Positions 36,699-47,328 are shown, counted from the first letter of the stretch. The stretch: DNA of 64,000 nt from Candidatus Cloacimonadota bacterium (GCA_029564175.1 JAKQQL010000215.1:1-64000); one strand, 5' to 3'. The notes: a model not told the origin generated them from the sequence alone. Numbers and translations are program-made.

Positions 36699-39164
36699 TC
36701 AATTGTTTTTTCTTTGTATCATTTTTGAAATTTTATTGAGCAGATCATTTGCTGTAAAAGGCTTTGAAAGAAAGTTTACTGATGAAATCGGATGTTCTTT
36801 GACAATGAATTCATCAGGATAACCAGAAATATAGAGTGTAATAAATGGATGCGAATAAACATGTTGAATTTTCTGGATTAACTGGTATCCCTTCATTTCA
36901 GGGAGAATGATATCACATATCATCAAATCAAAATGAAGATCAGGATTATTCTGAAAGTATTGATAAGCTTCAGTCGCATTTGCCATAATTTGAAATCTGT
37001 AATTGCCTATTTTTAAAATATCTTCTACAAGTACTCTTATATCAAAATTATCCTCAACAACAATGATCATTTCATTATTTGCTGAAATGCATAAATCGTT
37101 TTGAATAGGGGAGACCAGTTCTTGAGTTTGTTTTTCGATGACTGGCAAGAAAATTTTAAATGTTGAGCCACTATTTTCTTCGCTGTAAACATTGATAAAA
37201 CCATCATTGTCTTTGATGATTTGATAGACAATAGCCAGACCAAGTCCAGATTCCTGGTCATTCTGTTGGTAGTATGGCTCAAATAAATGATCTAATTCTG
37301 TAGATTTATAGCCTTTTCCTGAATCACTTACACAAATTTGAGCATAATATCCTTTTTTACCGCTGTTTTTCATTTGAATATTCAAATCATCACACTTTAC
37401 TAACTTCGTTTCAATAACTAACTTACCGCCGTTAGGCATTGATTTTCTGGCATTTAAAGCCAGATTTAGCAGTATTTGATCAATCTGGGATTTATCAGAC
37501 ATTATATTCGGGATATTATTATCCAAAGCAATACTGATTTGAATATCCTCACCTAACAATCTGGTCAAAATGCTGTTCATCCGTTTAACTGATTCATTCA
37601 CACAAACAGGTTGAGACTGAATTTCCTTCTTCTTTCCTAATAAAAATAGTTGCCCTATGAGTTCTGAAGCTTTTCTTACAATGTCTTTTATCATATATAA
37701 TCGTTTTGCTATTTCACTGTCTTTATTGAGATTAATTAATGCAATATCCAAATTACCTAATACAGATGTAAGTAAATTATTGAAATCGTGACTAATTCCT
37801 CCTGCAAGACGTCCTATTGCTTCCATTTTCTGAGATTGAATGGCCTGATCATTTATTCTTTTTCTAATACTGGTTTCTGAAAAAGTCCCAGAAACAATCT
37901 GTTTTTGATTGTTTTCATCTTTTACTCTGACTATCGCTTTGATAAATAACCAAATATATTCTCCTTTTGTATTTTTAATTTTAAGTTCGTATTCAAAACG
38001 ATCTTTATCAGAATCTAAAAATCTTTTTATAAAATCATAGAATCCTTTTCTATCGGCAGGATATATCATTTTTATCAATGTTTTAAATGTCAATTGGATT
38101 TTACCTGTTTTTTGTTTGTTTCCATCGGATAAGTTTTGAAATTCTTTGAAAAATTGGTTTTTACTGATTATATTGATATTATGTGATTTTACATCCCATT
38201 CCCAAACGCCTTCTTCCATTAACGTATAAATTTGGTTTAATTTTATTTCTGAATCTTCGAGGGCTTTTTGAGTCTTGATTTCTTTTGCTGTTAAGTTATC
38301 TAGCATTCTGTTTTTTAATTGAATCAGACGACTAAGTTTTTGATTTTTTACAAGGATAAAAAAGATTAACAAGATGACTGGTAAAATCAACCAAAACAAA
38401 GCATTGATTTTTATTTTGCTCTCTTTCAAATAGACATTGAACCATTTGTCATACAATTGTTTATATTCTCCATTGTTATGAATTGCAAACAAGCCTTCAT
38501 TTAATGCTGTTAAAAGTGTTAAATTGTTTTTGTGAGTTACAAAGCAATATTTCTTGTAATCAATTGGCTTCACTTCAAATTCAATATTATCAATATGCTT
38601 TGTATGCATGATATACATGGCTGTCATTTTTGCAAGGGCAGCCCCATCAAAACTCATATCTTTAGATAAGAGAGTTATCATTGTTTCTGCATCAGAAACA
38701 GGTACAATTTCAACATTTGGAAGATTTTCTTTAAAATATTCATGCATGTAATCACCAGACTGAACCAGGATACGTCTGTCATTCAATTCCATGTCTTTAC
38801 TGAAGGCATGCTCTTTTCTGTAAAACATACTGAAATAAATGTGATTGTGAGGTAATGAAAAATTATAAAGTTTCTCCCTTTCAATAGAGTAAAACATGCC
38901 AGCTAGCATATCAATTTCATGCTTATCAAACTTTTGTCGAATATCTGTCCATTCCCCTGCGATAATTTCGAATTTCAGATTGCTGTATTTTTCCATAAGA
39001 TATAGCAATTCAGGATTAAAACCTGTGATTTTACCCTGATTGTCAGTAAACTCAAAGGGAGGAAAATGATAATCAATTCCAACTTTTATAATTCTCTTTT
39101 CAGAAAAGGCAAATACATTTGATTGAATCAAACCGATTAATAATAAAATGATTAGCTTCTTCAT
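36699..39164 (-). CDS. Hybrid histidine kinase with periplasmic family-3 solute-binding domain, PAS and receiver
   Basis: Signal peptide; FPPFEF...GFN; GEYKQLYDKWF; TM; HDFNN; receiver DIILP. Confidence 0.92.
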   Translation of the reverse strand: MKKLIILLLIGLIQSNVFAFSEKRIIKVGIDYHFPPFEFTDNQGKITGFNPELLYLMEKYSNLKFEIIAGEWTDIRQKFDKHEIDMLAGMFYSIEREKLYNFSLPHNHIYFSMFYRKEHAFSKDMELNDRRILVQSGDYMHEYFKENLPNVEIVPVSDAETMITLLSKDMSFDGAALAKMTAMYIMHTKHIDNIEFEVKPIDYKKYCFVTHKNNLTLLTALNEGLFAIHNNGEYKQLYDKWFNVYLKESKIKINALFWLILPVILLIFFILVKNQKLSRLIQLKNRMLDNLTAKEIKTQKALEDSEIKLNQIYTLMEEGVWEWDVKSHNINIISKNQFFKEFQNLSDGNKQKTGKIQLTFKTLIKMIYPADRKGFYDFIKRFLDSDKDRFEYELKIKNTKGEYIWLFIKAIVRVKDENNQKQIVSGTFSETSIRKRINDQAIQSQKMEAIGRLAGGISHDFNNLLTSVLGNLDIALINLNKDSEIAKRLYMIKDIVRKASELIGQLFLLGKKKEIQSQPVCVNESVKRMNSILTRLLGEDIQISIALDNNIPNIMSDKSQIDQILLNLALNARKSMPNGGKLVIETKLVKCDDLNIQMKNSGKKGYYAQICVSDSGKGYKSTELDHLFEPYYQQNDQESGLGLAIVYQIIKDNDGFINVYSEENSGSTFKIFLPVIEKQTQELVSPIQNDLCISANNEMIIVVEDNFDIRVLVEDILKIGNYRFQIMANATEAYQYFQNNPDLHFDLMICDIILPEMKGYQLIQKIQHVYSHPFITLYISGYPDEFIVKEHPISSVNFLSKPFTANDLLNKISKMIQRKNN

Positions 39165-39517
39165 TTATACCTCCATTTTGAATTGTAAGCTTTTTTTTCA
39201 TAATTGTCAATAAAAAAATGATTAGAATTTGCTTTTTTATCAGCAAAAGAGATCATCAGTTCTGATTTATTACATGATTTTTATTTAAAAAAAAAATAAT
39301 CACATCATTGGAGAGAAGCTCCACCATGATGCCACATAGAGAAAAATGACTATTCTTTTTATATTTCATTATGGTCCATCAAGAATATTGAGGTACAATT
39401 GTTCCTCAATTTCATGAATAATTCGTAATTGAACAAATGAAATTTTATAAATTCATTATTCATTTGACAAATTGGTGAAATCAATAAAATGACACAAAAA
39501 GGATAGAAAGTAGAAAA

Positions 39518-40873
39518 ATGATTGATAAAAAGAAACCGATAGTTGCCATAGTTGGCAGACCCAATGTAGGTAAATCCACTTTGTTCAACAGATTGTGTCG
39601 TAAACGTTCGGCCATTGTTGATTTTGAAGAAGGGATTACACGAGACAGAAAATATGAAATTGTAGAATGGAATGACCGTAGTTTTATCGTTGTAGATACA
39701 GGTGGGATAATACCAGATTCTGATTTACCTATGGATAAAAATATCCAACTACAAGCCAAAATAGCGATTGAGCAATCCGATGTGATAGTTTTTCTGACAG
39801 ATGTAAAAACAGGCATTACTGATTATGATCAGCAAATTTCAAAGATTTTATCTGCACACCGTGAAAAAGTGCTGTTGGTCGTAAACAAGGTAGATAATGA
39901 GAAGGACGAGCTGGACTTGTTTGAATTTTACAATCTTGGTTTTGGCGAGCCAATCGGAATAGCAGCAACGTCAGGTCGTAATTCAGGTAATTTTCTGGAT
40001 GAACTGGTTCCATTACTGCCTGTTTTTGAAGAAGAAAATGTGCCGGACGATAAAGAAAATATCAGAGTAGCTGTAGTAGGTCGTCCTAATGTTGGTAAAT
40101 CATCTCTGATGAATAAACTGTTTGGAGATAATTCAGTAATAGTAACCGATATTCCAGGGACAACACGGGATTCAGTCGATTTACATATGGATTATCAGGA
40201 TAAACGAATCACCTTTATTGATACAGCAGGATTACGTAAAAAGAACAAGATTAAATATGGGGTAGATTATTTTTCATCAATGCGGACGATAGACAGTATT
40301 GACCGTGCAGATATCATTATTCTAATGCTTGATTCGTTTGAATCTTTTTCAGATCAGGATCAGAAAATCGCAGCCTATGCTCAGCGTCATTTTAAAAATA
40401 TTATGATTTTACTAAATAAATGGGATTTAATTACAGATAAAGAGACCAATACGTTTAAAGAATTCACACAAAAAGTAAAACATGATTTTCCATTTTTGGA
40501 ATATGCTCCGATTATGTCAATATCAGCGCTTACGGGACAACGAGTCCATAAAATACCCGAAATGATACTCAGAGTATGGGATGAAAGTAATCGTCGAATA
40601 CCTACTTCTCAATTAAATGATTTTATGGAAAAAGTGATTCAGACCAATCCACCATCTCATCCTTCGGGTAAGCATATTAAGGTTTATTATGTAACTCAGC
40701 AGGCAACCAATCCGCCTACATTTATATTCTTTACGAATCATCCGGAACTAATACCAACTCATTATCGCCGATTTATTCGTAACAAAATTAGGGAAGCCTT
40801 TAAATTTGAAGGTGCAACTATAAAATTAATACTCAGAGGTAAAACGGATGATACTCCTCATATTATCTATTAG
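39518..40873 (+). CDS. der: Ribosome biogenesis GTPase Der
   Basis: Two GRPNVGKS G-domains; DTGG/DTAG; C-terminal KH-like domain. Confidence 0.97.
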   Translation: MIDKKKPIVAIVGRPNVGKSTLFNRLCRKRSAIVDFEEGITRDRKYEIVEWNDRSFIVVDTGGIIPDSDLPMDKNIQLQAKIAIEQSDVIVFLTDVKTGITDYDQQISKILSAHREKVLLVVNKVDNEKDELDLFEFYNLGFGEPIGIAATSGRNSGNFLDELVPLLPVFEEENVPDDKENIRVAVVGRPNVGKSSLMNKLFGDNSVIVTDIPGTTRDSVDLHMDYQDKRITFIDTAGLRKKNKIKYGVDYFSSMRTIDSIDRADIIILMLDSFESFSDQDQKIAAYAQRHFKNIMILLNKWDLITDKETNTFKEFTQKVKHDFPFLEYAPIMSISALTGQRVHKIPEMILRVWDESNRRIPTSQLNDFMEKVIQTNPPSHPSGKHIKVYYVTQQATNPPTFIFFTNHPELIPTHYRRFIRNKIREAFKFEGATIKLILRGKTDDTPHIIY

Positions 40874-41483
40874 TGCGGTTATGATTGCCTCTTATTTAGC
40901 CGGTTCTTTACCCACTGCTTATATTGCAGGTAAAGTATTAAAAAAAATTGATATTCGGCAACATGGTTCTGGCAATGTTGGAGCTACCAATGCTTTGCGG
41001 GTATTAGGCACTAAAATCGGGATTACTGTCATGATAATTGATATTTTAAAAGGCGTGTTTGCTGTAATGCTTGCACGTATGCTTTTACAAAGTGAATGGC
41101 AGATAGTTCTTGCAGGACTTTTTGCAGTAATTGGACATATTTTTACTTGTTTTCTTGGATTTAAAGGAGGAAAAGGTGTCGCAACTGCAGCAGGTGTTTG
41201 CGCAGCATTATTTCCTTTGAATTTTTATGCAGCGCTGTTTGTCTTTATTATAGTTTTGATATTGACAAAGTATGTTTCATTATCTTCAATTCTTGCCGCT
41301 TTGATATTATTCATTTTACAATCATTACGTCTTTATTTGTCAAGCGATTTGACAATAGAGAGAGAACTCACTCATTTTGTATTTATACTGATTATAGTCA
41401 GCTTCATTATTGTGAAACATATACCCAATATTAAACGCTTGATACAGGGTAATGAAAATAAAATCAGTTTTAAAAAAAAGTAA
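40848..41483 (+). CDS. plsY: Glycerol-3-phosphate acyltransferase PlsY
   Basis: DIRQHGSGNVGATN; GH...FKGGKGVAT; KHIPNIKRL. Confidence 0.96.
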   Translation: MILLILSISAVMIASYLAGSLPTAYIAGKVLKKIDIRQHGSGNVGATNALRVLGTKIGITVMIIDILKGVFAVMLARMLLQSEWQIVLAGLFAVIGHIFTCFLGFKGGKGVATAAGVCAALFPLNFYAALFVFIIVLILTKYVSLSSILAALILFILQSLRLYLSSDLTIERELTHFVFILIIVSFIIVKHIPNIKRLIQGNENKISFKKK

Positions 41484-41584
41484 ATGGGTCAATTGTTCAT
41501 TAAAATTATACAAAAATTAGCAAACAGGTTGGCTATTATTTTTCAACTTGTTCGATTATTACAATTTGATAAGGAGTATATATA

Positions 41585-42946
41585 ATGTGCGGAATCGTTG
41601 GAATATTTAATCATAATAATGCAGCCGAATTGGCTGCAAAAGGGCTTTTTGCAGAGCAGCACAGAGGTCAGGAAAGCTGTGGAATGGCTGTCAGTGACTC
41701 TAAAACAATCCGACTTGTCAAGAAAATGGGTCTTGTTAAAGAAGTATTTAGTCCGGAGCAATTAGAAGAATTACCTGGTCATATAGCCGTAGGACATGTC
41801 AGATATCCTACCAGAGGTTCATCTACTGCATTTAATTCACAACCTCATGTTGTAGAATTACTTGGAGGACCAACTTATGCCTTAGCCAGTAATGGTGATA
41901 TTGTGAATTATTTTGATATCAGACGTTCTCTGGAAGCTAAAGGGGTTTGGTTTAACAGTAGTAATGACGGAGAACTAATTTTAAAATATATCGTTTATTT
42001 AGTCGAAAAAGAAGGAAAAGAAATTGTATCGGCTATAGAAAGTTTTATGAAAGAAGTAAAAGGGGCATTTTCAACCGTTTTAATGACTCGTAATGAACTT
42101 TATATGTTTAGAGATCCATATGGCTTCAGACCGATGTCCTGGGGAAAACTGGAAGACAGTACAATTGCTGTTGCATCTGAAACCTGTGCGCTTGATATTC
42201 TGGATGCAAGATATGTTGAAAATGTCAATCCAGGAGAAATTATTATCGTCAATGAACGTGGTATCAAACATATAGAACACGATTTAAAAGAATACAGAAA
42301 TACGGAGACTAATCGTCATTGTATTTTTGAACATATCTACTTTTCCAGACCTGACAGTTTTGATTTTAATGAAGATGTGTATCAGGTCAGACAAAGAATT
42401 GGCGAATTGCTTGCCAAAGCAGATGATGATATTCATCCCGATTTAATAGTTCCTGTACCAGATTCATCTAATTTTATCGCACATGGATATGCCAATTTTA
42501 AAAAAATGCCGGTTACTTATGGACTGATTCGTAATCACTATGTTGGCAGAACATTTATCAAACCAGAACAGAAAATCAGAGATGAATCAGCAAGACAAAA
42601 ATTTAACACATTAGCTCACTTATTCAAAGATAAAGTGGTTGTTTTAATAGATGATTCCATTGTCAGAGGAACAACTATTCGTTCAATAATTAAACTGATC
42701 ATTGATGCAGGCGCTAAAGAAGTGCATCTGAGAATAGGCTCACCTCAAGTTAAATTCCCTTGTTATTATGGTATTGACACACCTACTAAGGAAGAATTGA
42801 TTGCTAATGTCAAGACCAGCCAGGAAATTTGTGATTATTTAAATATTCAATCTCTCAAACATATTGAAATTGACAGACTGAGAAAATCTGTCAGTAAACC
42901 GGATAATTACTGTTATGCTTGTTTTGATGGAAAATATCCAATTTAA
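41585..42946 (+). CDS. purF: Amidophosphoribosyltransferase
   Basis: MCGIVG; QHRGQES; GHVRYPT; VPDS; DDSIVRGTT; PCYYGID. Confidence 0.96.
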   Translation: MCGIVGIFNHNNAAELAAKGLFAEQHRGQESCGMAVSDSKTIRLVKKMGLVKEVFSPEQLEELPGHIAVGHVRYPTRGSSTAFNSQPHVVELLGGPTYALASNGDIVNYFDIRRSLEAKGVWFNSSNDGELILKYIVYLVEKEGKEIVSAIESFMKEVKGAFSTVLMTRNELYMFRDPYGFRPMSWGKLEDSTIAVASETCALDILDARYVENVNPGEIIIVNERGIKHIEHDLKEYRNTETNRHCIFEHIYFSRPDSFDFNEDVYQVRQRIGELLAKADDDIHPDLIVPVPDSSNFIAHGYANFKKMPVTYGLIRNHYVGRTFIKPEQKIRDESARQKFNTLAHLFKDKVVVLIDDSIVRGTTIRSIIKLIIDAGAKEVHLRIGSPQVKFPCYYGIDTPTKEELIANVKTSQEICDYLNIQSLKHIEIDRLRKSVSKPDNYCYACFDGKYPI

Positions 42947-42959
42947 TTTGAAATATTGT

Positions 42960-43068
42960 GTTGTAGCGTAAGCAGATTGTGAAATAGATTTGTAGCGAAA
43001 GCTGCCAGCTAGCGAAAATAGATATAACAAGCAGGTTGCTTGTCCTAAACCCAGCTTGCGGTACGACA
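42960..43068 (+). repeat. Cluster of REP-like GTAG-palindrome elements
   Basis: GTAGCGTAAGC; GTAGCGAAAGCTGCCAGCTAGCG; inverted ACAAGCAGGTTGCTTGTCCTA; CCAGCTTGCGGTAC. Confidence 0.5.
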
Positions 43069-43085
43069 AATAGAAAGGTTTGTCC

Positions 43086-44090
43086 ATGGAATTAAAAAAA
43101 CTGTTTGAGAAGTTTAAAGAACAGAAAATAGCTGTTATAGGCGATTTGATGATAGACCATTACTTATGGGGAAGTGTTGACCGGATTTCTGCAGAAGCAC
43201 CAGTTCCGGTTGTAGATATCAAAAGAGAAGAATATCGTTTAGGCGGAGCTGCCAATGTAATATCCAATATCACATCATTGAATGTAAGTGCTGATGTATA
43301 CGGTATTTGCGGAAATGATAAGTATGCAGAAGAATTAAACCGATTGCTTGATTTAATTCATGTCTCAGGCAAATTTGTTGTTCCAGATCCTGAAAGACCA
43401 ACGACCTTAAAAAGCAGAATAATGGCCGGTCATCAACAGGTAACCCGTTGTGATTTTGAAAAAAGACATTTCATTTCCAGCTATATAGAAGATATACTTT
43501 TAAAAAAAATAAAGGAAAATATAAAAAATTATTCAGCAGTTATCCTGGAAGATTATAATAAAGGATTGTTATCAGATCGTATCATTACTGAAACTATTAA
43601 GATGGCAAATGAACATCAGATTCCTGTTACTGTTGATCCAAAATTTAAGAATTTTTTCAGTTACAGAGGAGTTAAGGTCTTTAAACCTAATTTTTTAGAG
43701 TTACAGAAAAATCTAGGAATTGAAATTCAGAATGATGCAGAGTTAAGAGCAGCAGCAAAGGAGATTTTTCATCGCATTAATCCAGAGTATCTGATAATTA
43801 CCCGTGGAGAAAAAGGATTAATTATTTTCAACAGACAAATGGAAGAATTTATCATTCCAACATTTGCCCGCGAAGTCTTTGATGTATCAGGTGCAGGAGA
43901 TACCATGATAAGTGTCTTAACGATATGTATCGCCTGCGGATGTAGTATTGAAGAGTCTGCCATTATTGCAAATCATGCTGCTGGTGCCGTATGTGGCAAA
44001 ATGGGAATTGCGCCTGTAACTCAAAAAGATATAGAACTATCAGTCGAATATAATGAAATGATTAAAGAGAAAACAGAAAATGACTTGTAA
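43086..44090 (+). CDS. rfaE1: D-glycero-beta-D-manno-heptose-7-phosphate kinase (RfaE domain I)
   Basis: GDLMID; RISAEAPVPV; GGAANV; DYNKG; DVSGAGDT. Confidence 0.93.
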   Translation: MELKKLFEKFKEQKIAVIGDLMIDHYLWGSVDRISAEAPVPVVDIKREEYRLGGAANVISNITSLNVSADVYGICGNDKYAEELNRLLDLIHVSGKFVVPDPERPTTLKSRIMAGHQQVTRCDFEKRHFISSYIEDILLKKIKENIKNYSAVILEDYNKGLLSDRIITETIKMANEHQIPVTVDPKFKNFFSYRGVKVFKPNFLELQKNLGIEIQNDAELRAAAKEIFHRINPEYLIITRGEKGLIIFNRQMEEFIIPTFAREVFDVSGAGDTMISVLTICIACGCSIEESAIIANHAAGAVCGKMGIAPVTQKDIELSVEYNEMIKEKTENDL

Positions 44091-44565
44091 AGACAAGATT
44101 AAAAGCCTTGAAGCGCTAAAACAAATCAGAAACGCAGAGAAAGATAAAAAAATCGTATTTACCAATGGCTGTTTTGATATTCTTCATTCCGGTCATGTCT
44201 TGTATCTTGAAGAAGCAAAATCCTGTGGTGATATGTTAATTTTAGGCTTAAACAGTGACCAGTCTGTAAAAAGACTAAAAGGAGAAAGCCGTCCAATTAA
44301 CAATGAATTAGATAGAGCTATCGTACTCTCAGGCTTAGAATCTGTTGATTATGTAGTTGTATTTAAAGAAGATACACCATATCAACTCATTTCAGCAATT
44401 CAACCAGATATACTTGTAAAAGGCGGTGATTGGGCAATTGACCAGATTGTTGGATCTGATATTGTAAAAAACAGAGGTGGGGAAGTTATCAGTCTTTCCT
44501 TTATTGAAGGTAAATCAACCACCAGTATCATAAAAAAGGTAGTTTCTCAAAATGAGCCATCATGA
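44080..44565 (+). CDS. rfaE2: Heptose-1-phosphate adenylyltransferase (RfaE domain II)
   Basis: FTNGCFDILHSGH; GLNSD.SVKRLKG; VKGGDW; STTSII. Confidence 0.95.
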   Translation: MTCKDKIKSLEALKQIRNAEKDKKIVFTNGCFDILHSGHVLYLEEAKSCGDMLILGLNSDQSVKRLKGESRPINNELDRAIVLSGLESVDYVVVFKEDTPYQLISAIQPDILVKGGDWAIDQIVGSDIVKNRGGEVISLSFIEGKSTTSIIKKVVSQNEPS

Positions 44566-44986
44566 ACATATCCCGTCAACCTGTGACGAAGAAACAGGTA
44601 TTGTTGTTAACAGCACTCCAAATGACGTATGGGTGGAAAGGATGTCACTCGAAGGTTGTAAAAGTTGCGCCATGAGTGGTGTATGTGGTTCAAAAAACAC
44701 ACCTCAACTGAAATTTAAAAATGATGCAGATTATCACATAGGGGATATCGTATTGATTCATATCAGTAGTTCCACCCGTTTAATGTCTTCATTCATCATT
44801 TTTATTGTCCCAGTCATACTTTTAATACTCACATTCGCTCTTTTCTATTATGTTTTAAATACGAGTGAAAAAATCAGTATTCTAGTGGGTTTTCTCAGCT
44901 TGTTTTTGTCTGCTCTGATTATTGGCCTTTATGATAAGTATTTGGCGAAAACCAAAGCTGTCAGTATTTCAAAAAAGGATTTATAA
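44552..44986 (+). CDS. RseC/MucC family (SoxR-reducing system) protein
   Basis: EETGIV; CKSC...C; GDIV; two C-terminal TMs. Confidence 0.85.
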   Translation: MSHHEHIPSTCDEETGIVVNSTPNDVWVERMSLEGCKSCAMSGVCGSKNTPQLKFKNDADYHIGDIVLIHISSSTRLMSSFIIFIVPVILLILTFALFYYVLNTSEKISILVGFLSLFLSALIIGLYDKYLAKTKAVSISKKDL

Positions 44987-45346
44987 ATGAATATATTTTT
45001 AAAAGATATGATATTCTTTGGATATCACGGCGTATATCCAGAAGAAAGAAAACTCGGCCAAAGATTTGTAGTTAATATTACATTAACCAGTCAGCATGAA
45101 AATGATATACTCATTCATCATCTTGAAGATACAATTGATTATACAAAAGTTTATGATGAAGTGAAGCATATCATGGAAAAAGAACAGTTTTTACTTTTAG
45201 AAAACTGTTGTAACCACATCATCAGTTCCTTGCTTGAAAAATTTTCATTACTCCAGGAAGTTATTGTTAAGATTGAAAAACCTGGTGTACCAATCAATGG
45301 CAGCTTATCATCTGTTGCGATAGAAATGAAAAGGAACAGAGATTGA
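44987..45346 (+). CDS. folB: Dihydroneopterin aldolase
   Basis: FFGYHGV..EERKLGQRF; TIDY; LLE; KP. Confidence 0.95.
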   Translation: MNIFLKDMIFFGYHGVYPEERKLGQRFVVNITLTSQHENDILIHHLEDTIDYTKVYDEVKHIMEKEQFLLLENCCNHIISSLLEKFSLLQEVIVKIEKPGVPINGSLSSVAIEMKRNRD

Positions 45347-45804
45347 GAGCGATTCTCAGTTTAGGATCAAATTTAGGAAATCGGAATGACTCGATTAACC
45401 AAGCGATTAACCAAATTGCAAATCTTCCCAATACAATAGTTCAAAAACAGAGTCAGATTATTGAAACTGAGCCCTGGGGGCATATCCTGCAGCCTGCATT
45501 TCTTAATTGTGTCGTTATCATAGAAACAGTACTAAATCCCTATGATTTACTGGATTCACTGCTAAACATTGAAAACAAACTGGGTCGTATCAGAACTGAG
45601 AAGTGGGGAGCAAGGACAATAGATATTGATATCATTTTTTATGAGAACCAAGTCATAAAAACAGATAATCTGACAATTCCTCATCCTTATATGCATGAGC
45701 GCTTATTTGTGTTGGATTGTTTAAATGAGATTTGCCCAGAATATATGCATCCGATTTTTAAAAAGAATATCAAAGAATTAATAAATAATATAAAACAGGG
45801 GTAG
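45343..45804 (+). CDS. folK: 6-hydroxymethyl-7,8-dihydropterin pyrophosphokinase
   Basis: LGSNLG; FLN; WGARTIDIDI; LTIPHP..HERLFV. Confidence 0.95.
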   Translation: MRAILSLGSNLGNRNDSINQAINQIANLPNTIVQKQSQIIETEPWGHILQPAFLNCVVIIETVLNPYDLLDSLLNIENKLGRIRTEKWGARTIDIDIIFYENQVIKTDNLTIPHPYMHERLFVLDCLNEICPEYMHPIFKKNIKELINNIKQG

Positions 45805-45806
45805 AT

Positions 45807-46823
45807 ATGAGCACTTTAGCGTCAATTATATTAGCAGCGGGAAAGGGTACCCGAATGAAATCTGATAAGGCAAAAGTAACCTTTTCACTTGCCGGGAAAA
45901 GTCTTGTTCAGAGAGTGGTTGAAACCTCATTAAAGGGTGAATGTAATAAGATTTGCGTCATCGTTGGATATAAAAAAGAAGATGTAATGAACTGTATTCC
46001 GCCACATAAAAGCTTGGAATACTGTGAACAGACTGAACAATTGGGAACCGGTCATGCTGTTAAAATGGCAGAAGAAAATTTTAAAAACTGTGAAGGAGAA
46101 GTCTTTATTCTGTGTGGTGATGTACCACTTTTAAAACCAGAAACACTCGAGAAGATGCTAGAATCTCATCATAATAATAAAGCATTTTGTACTGTTCTGA
46201 CAATGATTCTTGATGATCCGGGTAAATATGGACGTATGATTAGAGATAAAAACAATCAGATTCATAAAATTGTAGAATTTAAAGACGCCAGTGAAGAGCA
46301 GAGACAGGTTAAAGAAGTAAACAGCGGGATTTATTGTTTCGATATTCAGGCTTTATTTAAAGCATTACAAAAAATCAACAACAACAATGAACAACATGAA
46401 TACTATCTGACCGATGTACTTGAGATTTTTTATAATGAAAATAAACGGATTGATGCAATTGTACTGGATGATGTCTCAGAAGCAGCCGGTGTCAACTCTC
46501 AGGAGCAACTGGCTGAACTGGAATGTGAGTTTAACAACAGAATTAATAATCACTGGCTGAACAATGGCGTGGTAATCGAAAATCCGGCTACTGTCATCAT
46601 TTCAGAAGATGCTATCATAGAAAATGATGTAACGATACAGGCTGGCACGGTTATTCGTGGTAACTCTGTGATTAAGAAAAATTCAATAATCGGTGTTAAT
46701 TGCTATCTTGAAGATGCCAATATTTTAAGTAACTGTATTTTGAAAGGTTATAATATCGTTATAGATAAACAATTGGAAAGTGGTACGATACTTAACTGGC
46801 AGGAGAAACAAATCAATGAATGA
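45807..46823 (+). CDS. glmU: GlmU-like UDP-GlcNAc pyrophosphorylase with a shortened hexapeptide tail
   Basis: LAAGKGTRMKS; QLGTGHAV; GDVP; EVNSGIY; EYYLTD; GVNS; only 338 aa. Confidence 0.85.
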   Translation: MSTLASIILAAGKGTRMKSDKAKVTFSLAGKSLVQRVVETSLKGECNKICVIVGYKKEDVMNCIPPHKSLEYCEQTEQLGTGHAVKMAEENFKNCEGEVFILCGDVPLLKPETLEKMLESHHNNKAFCTVLTMILDDPGKYGRMIRDKNNQIHKIVEFKDASEEQRQVKEVNSGIYCFDIQALFKALQKINNNNEQHEYYLTDVLEIFYNENKRIDAIVLDDVSEAAGVNSQEQLAELECEFNNRINNHWLNNGVVIENPATVIISEDAIIENDVTIQAGTVIRGNSVIKKNSIIGVNCYLEDANILSNCILKGYNIVIDKQLESGTILNWQEKQINE

Positions 46824-47313
46824 CATACTGTATTCTCCATGGCGCTTACAATATATCATTTCTGAGAAAGAAAACCAATGCATCTTTTGCGTGAAGCCAA
46901 ATTCTAAAGATGATGCCAAGCATTTAATATTATACAGAACAGAACTCTCTTTTGTGATTATGAATTTGTATCCCTACAATAATGGTCATCTGATGGTAGT
47001 TCCTTATCGTCATGTAGCCCGACTGAGTGATCTAGAAATGGATGAAGTAAATGACTTATTCCAGTTAGTTCAAACAACAGAAGGCATTTTAACCAGGGTG
47101 TATCACTCTGATGGTTTTAACATTGGTCTTAACTTAGGAAAAGCTGCCGGAGCTGGAATAGACGAACACTTACATGTTCATATCGTTCCTCGCTGGAATG
47201 GAGACTGTAATTTTATGCATTCAATCAATGGTACACGTGTTATTCCAGAAGCTTTTGAACAGGCTTATGCAAAAATCAAAGAAGAGTTTGACAAACTACC
47301 CCATGAAAAATAA
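46816..47313 (+). CDS. HIT-family nucleotide hydrolase
   Basis: PWR..YI; CIFC; NLYPYNNGH; HLHVHIVPRW; start 46816. Confidence 0.93.
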   Translation: MNDILYSPWRLQYIISEKENQCIFCVKPNSKDDAKHLILYRTELSFVIMNLYPYNNGHLMVVPYRHVARLSDLEMDEVNDLFQLVQTTEGILTRVYHSDGFNIGLNLGKAAGAGIDEHLHVHIVPRWNGDCNFMHSINGTRVIPEAFEQAYAKIKEEFDKLPHEK

Positions 47314-47328
47314 TTTGGCATTAATCTT

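Noticed and set aside
39464..39490. sigma70 promoter TTGACA...TAAAAT upstream of der
   Set aside because: Spacer is only 15 nt; plausible but not supportable from sequence alone.
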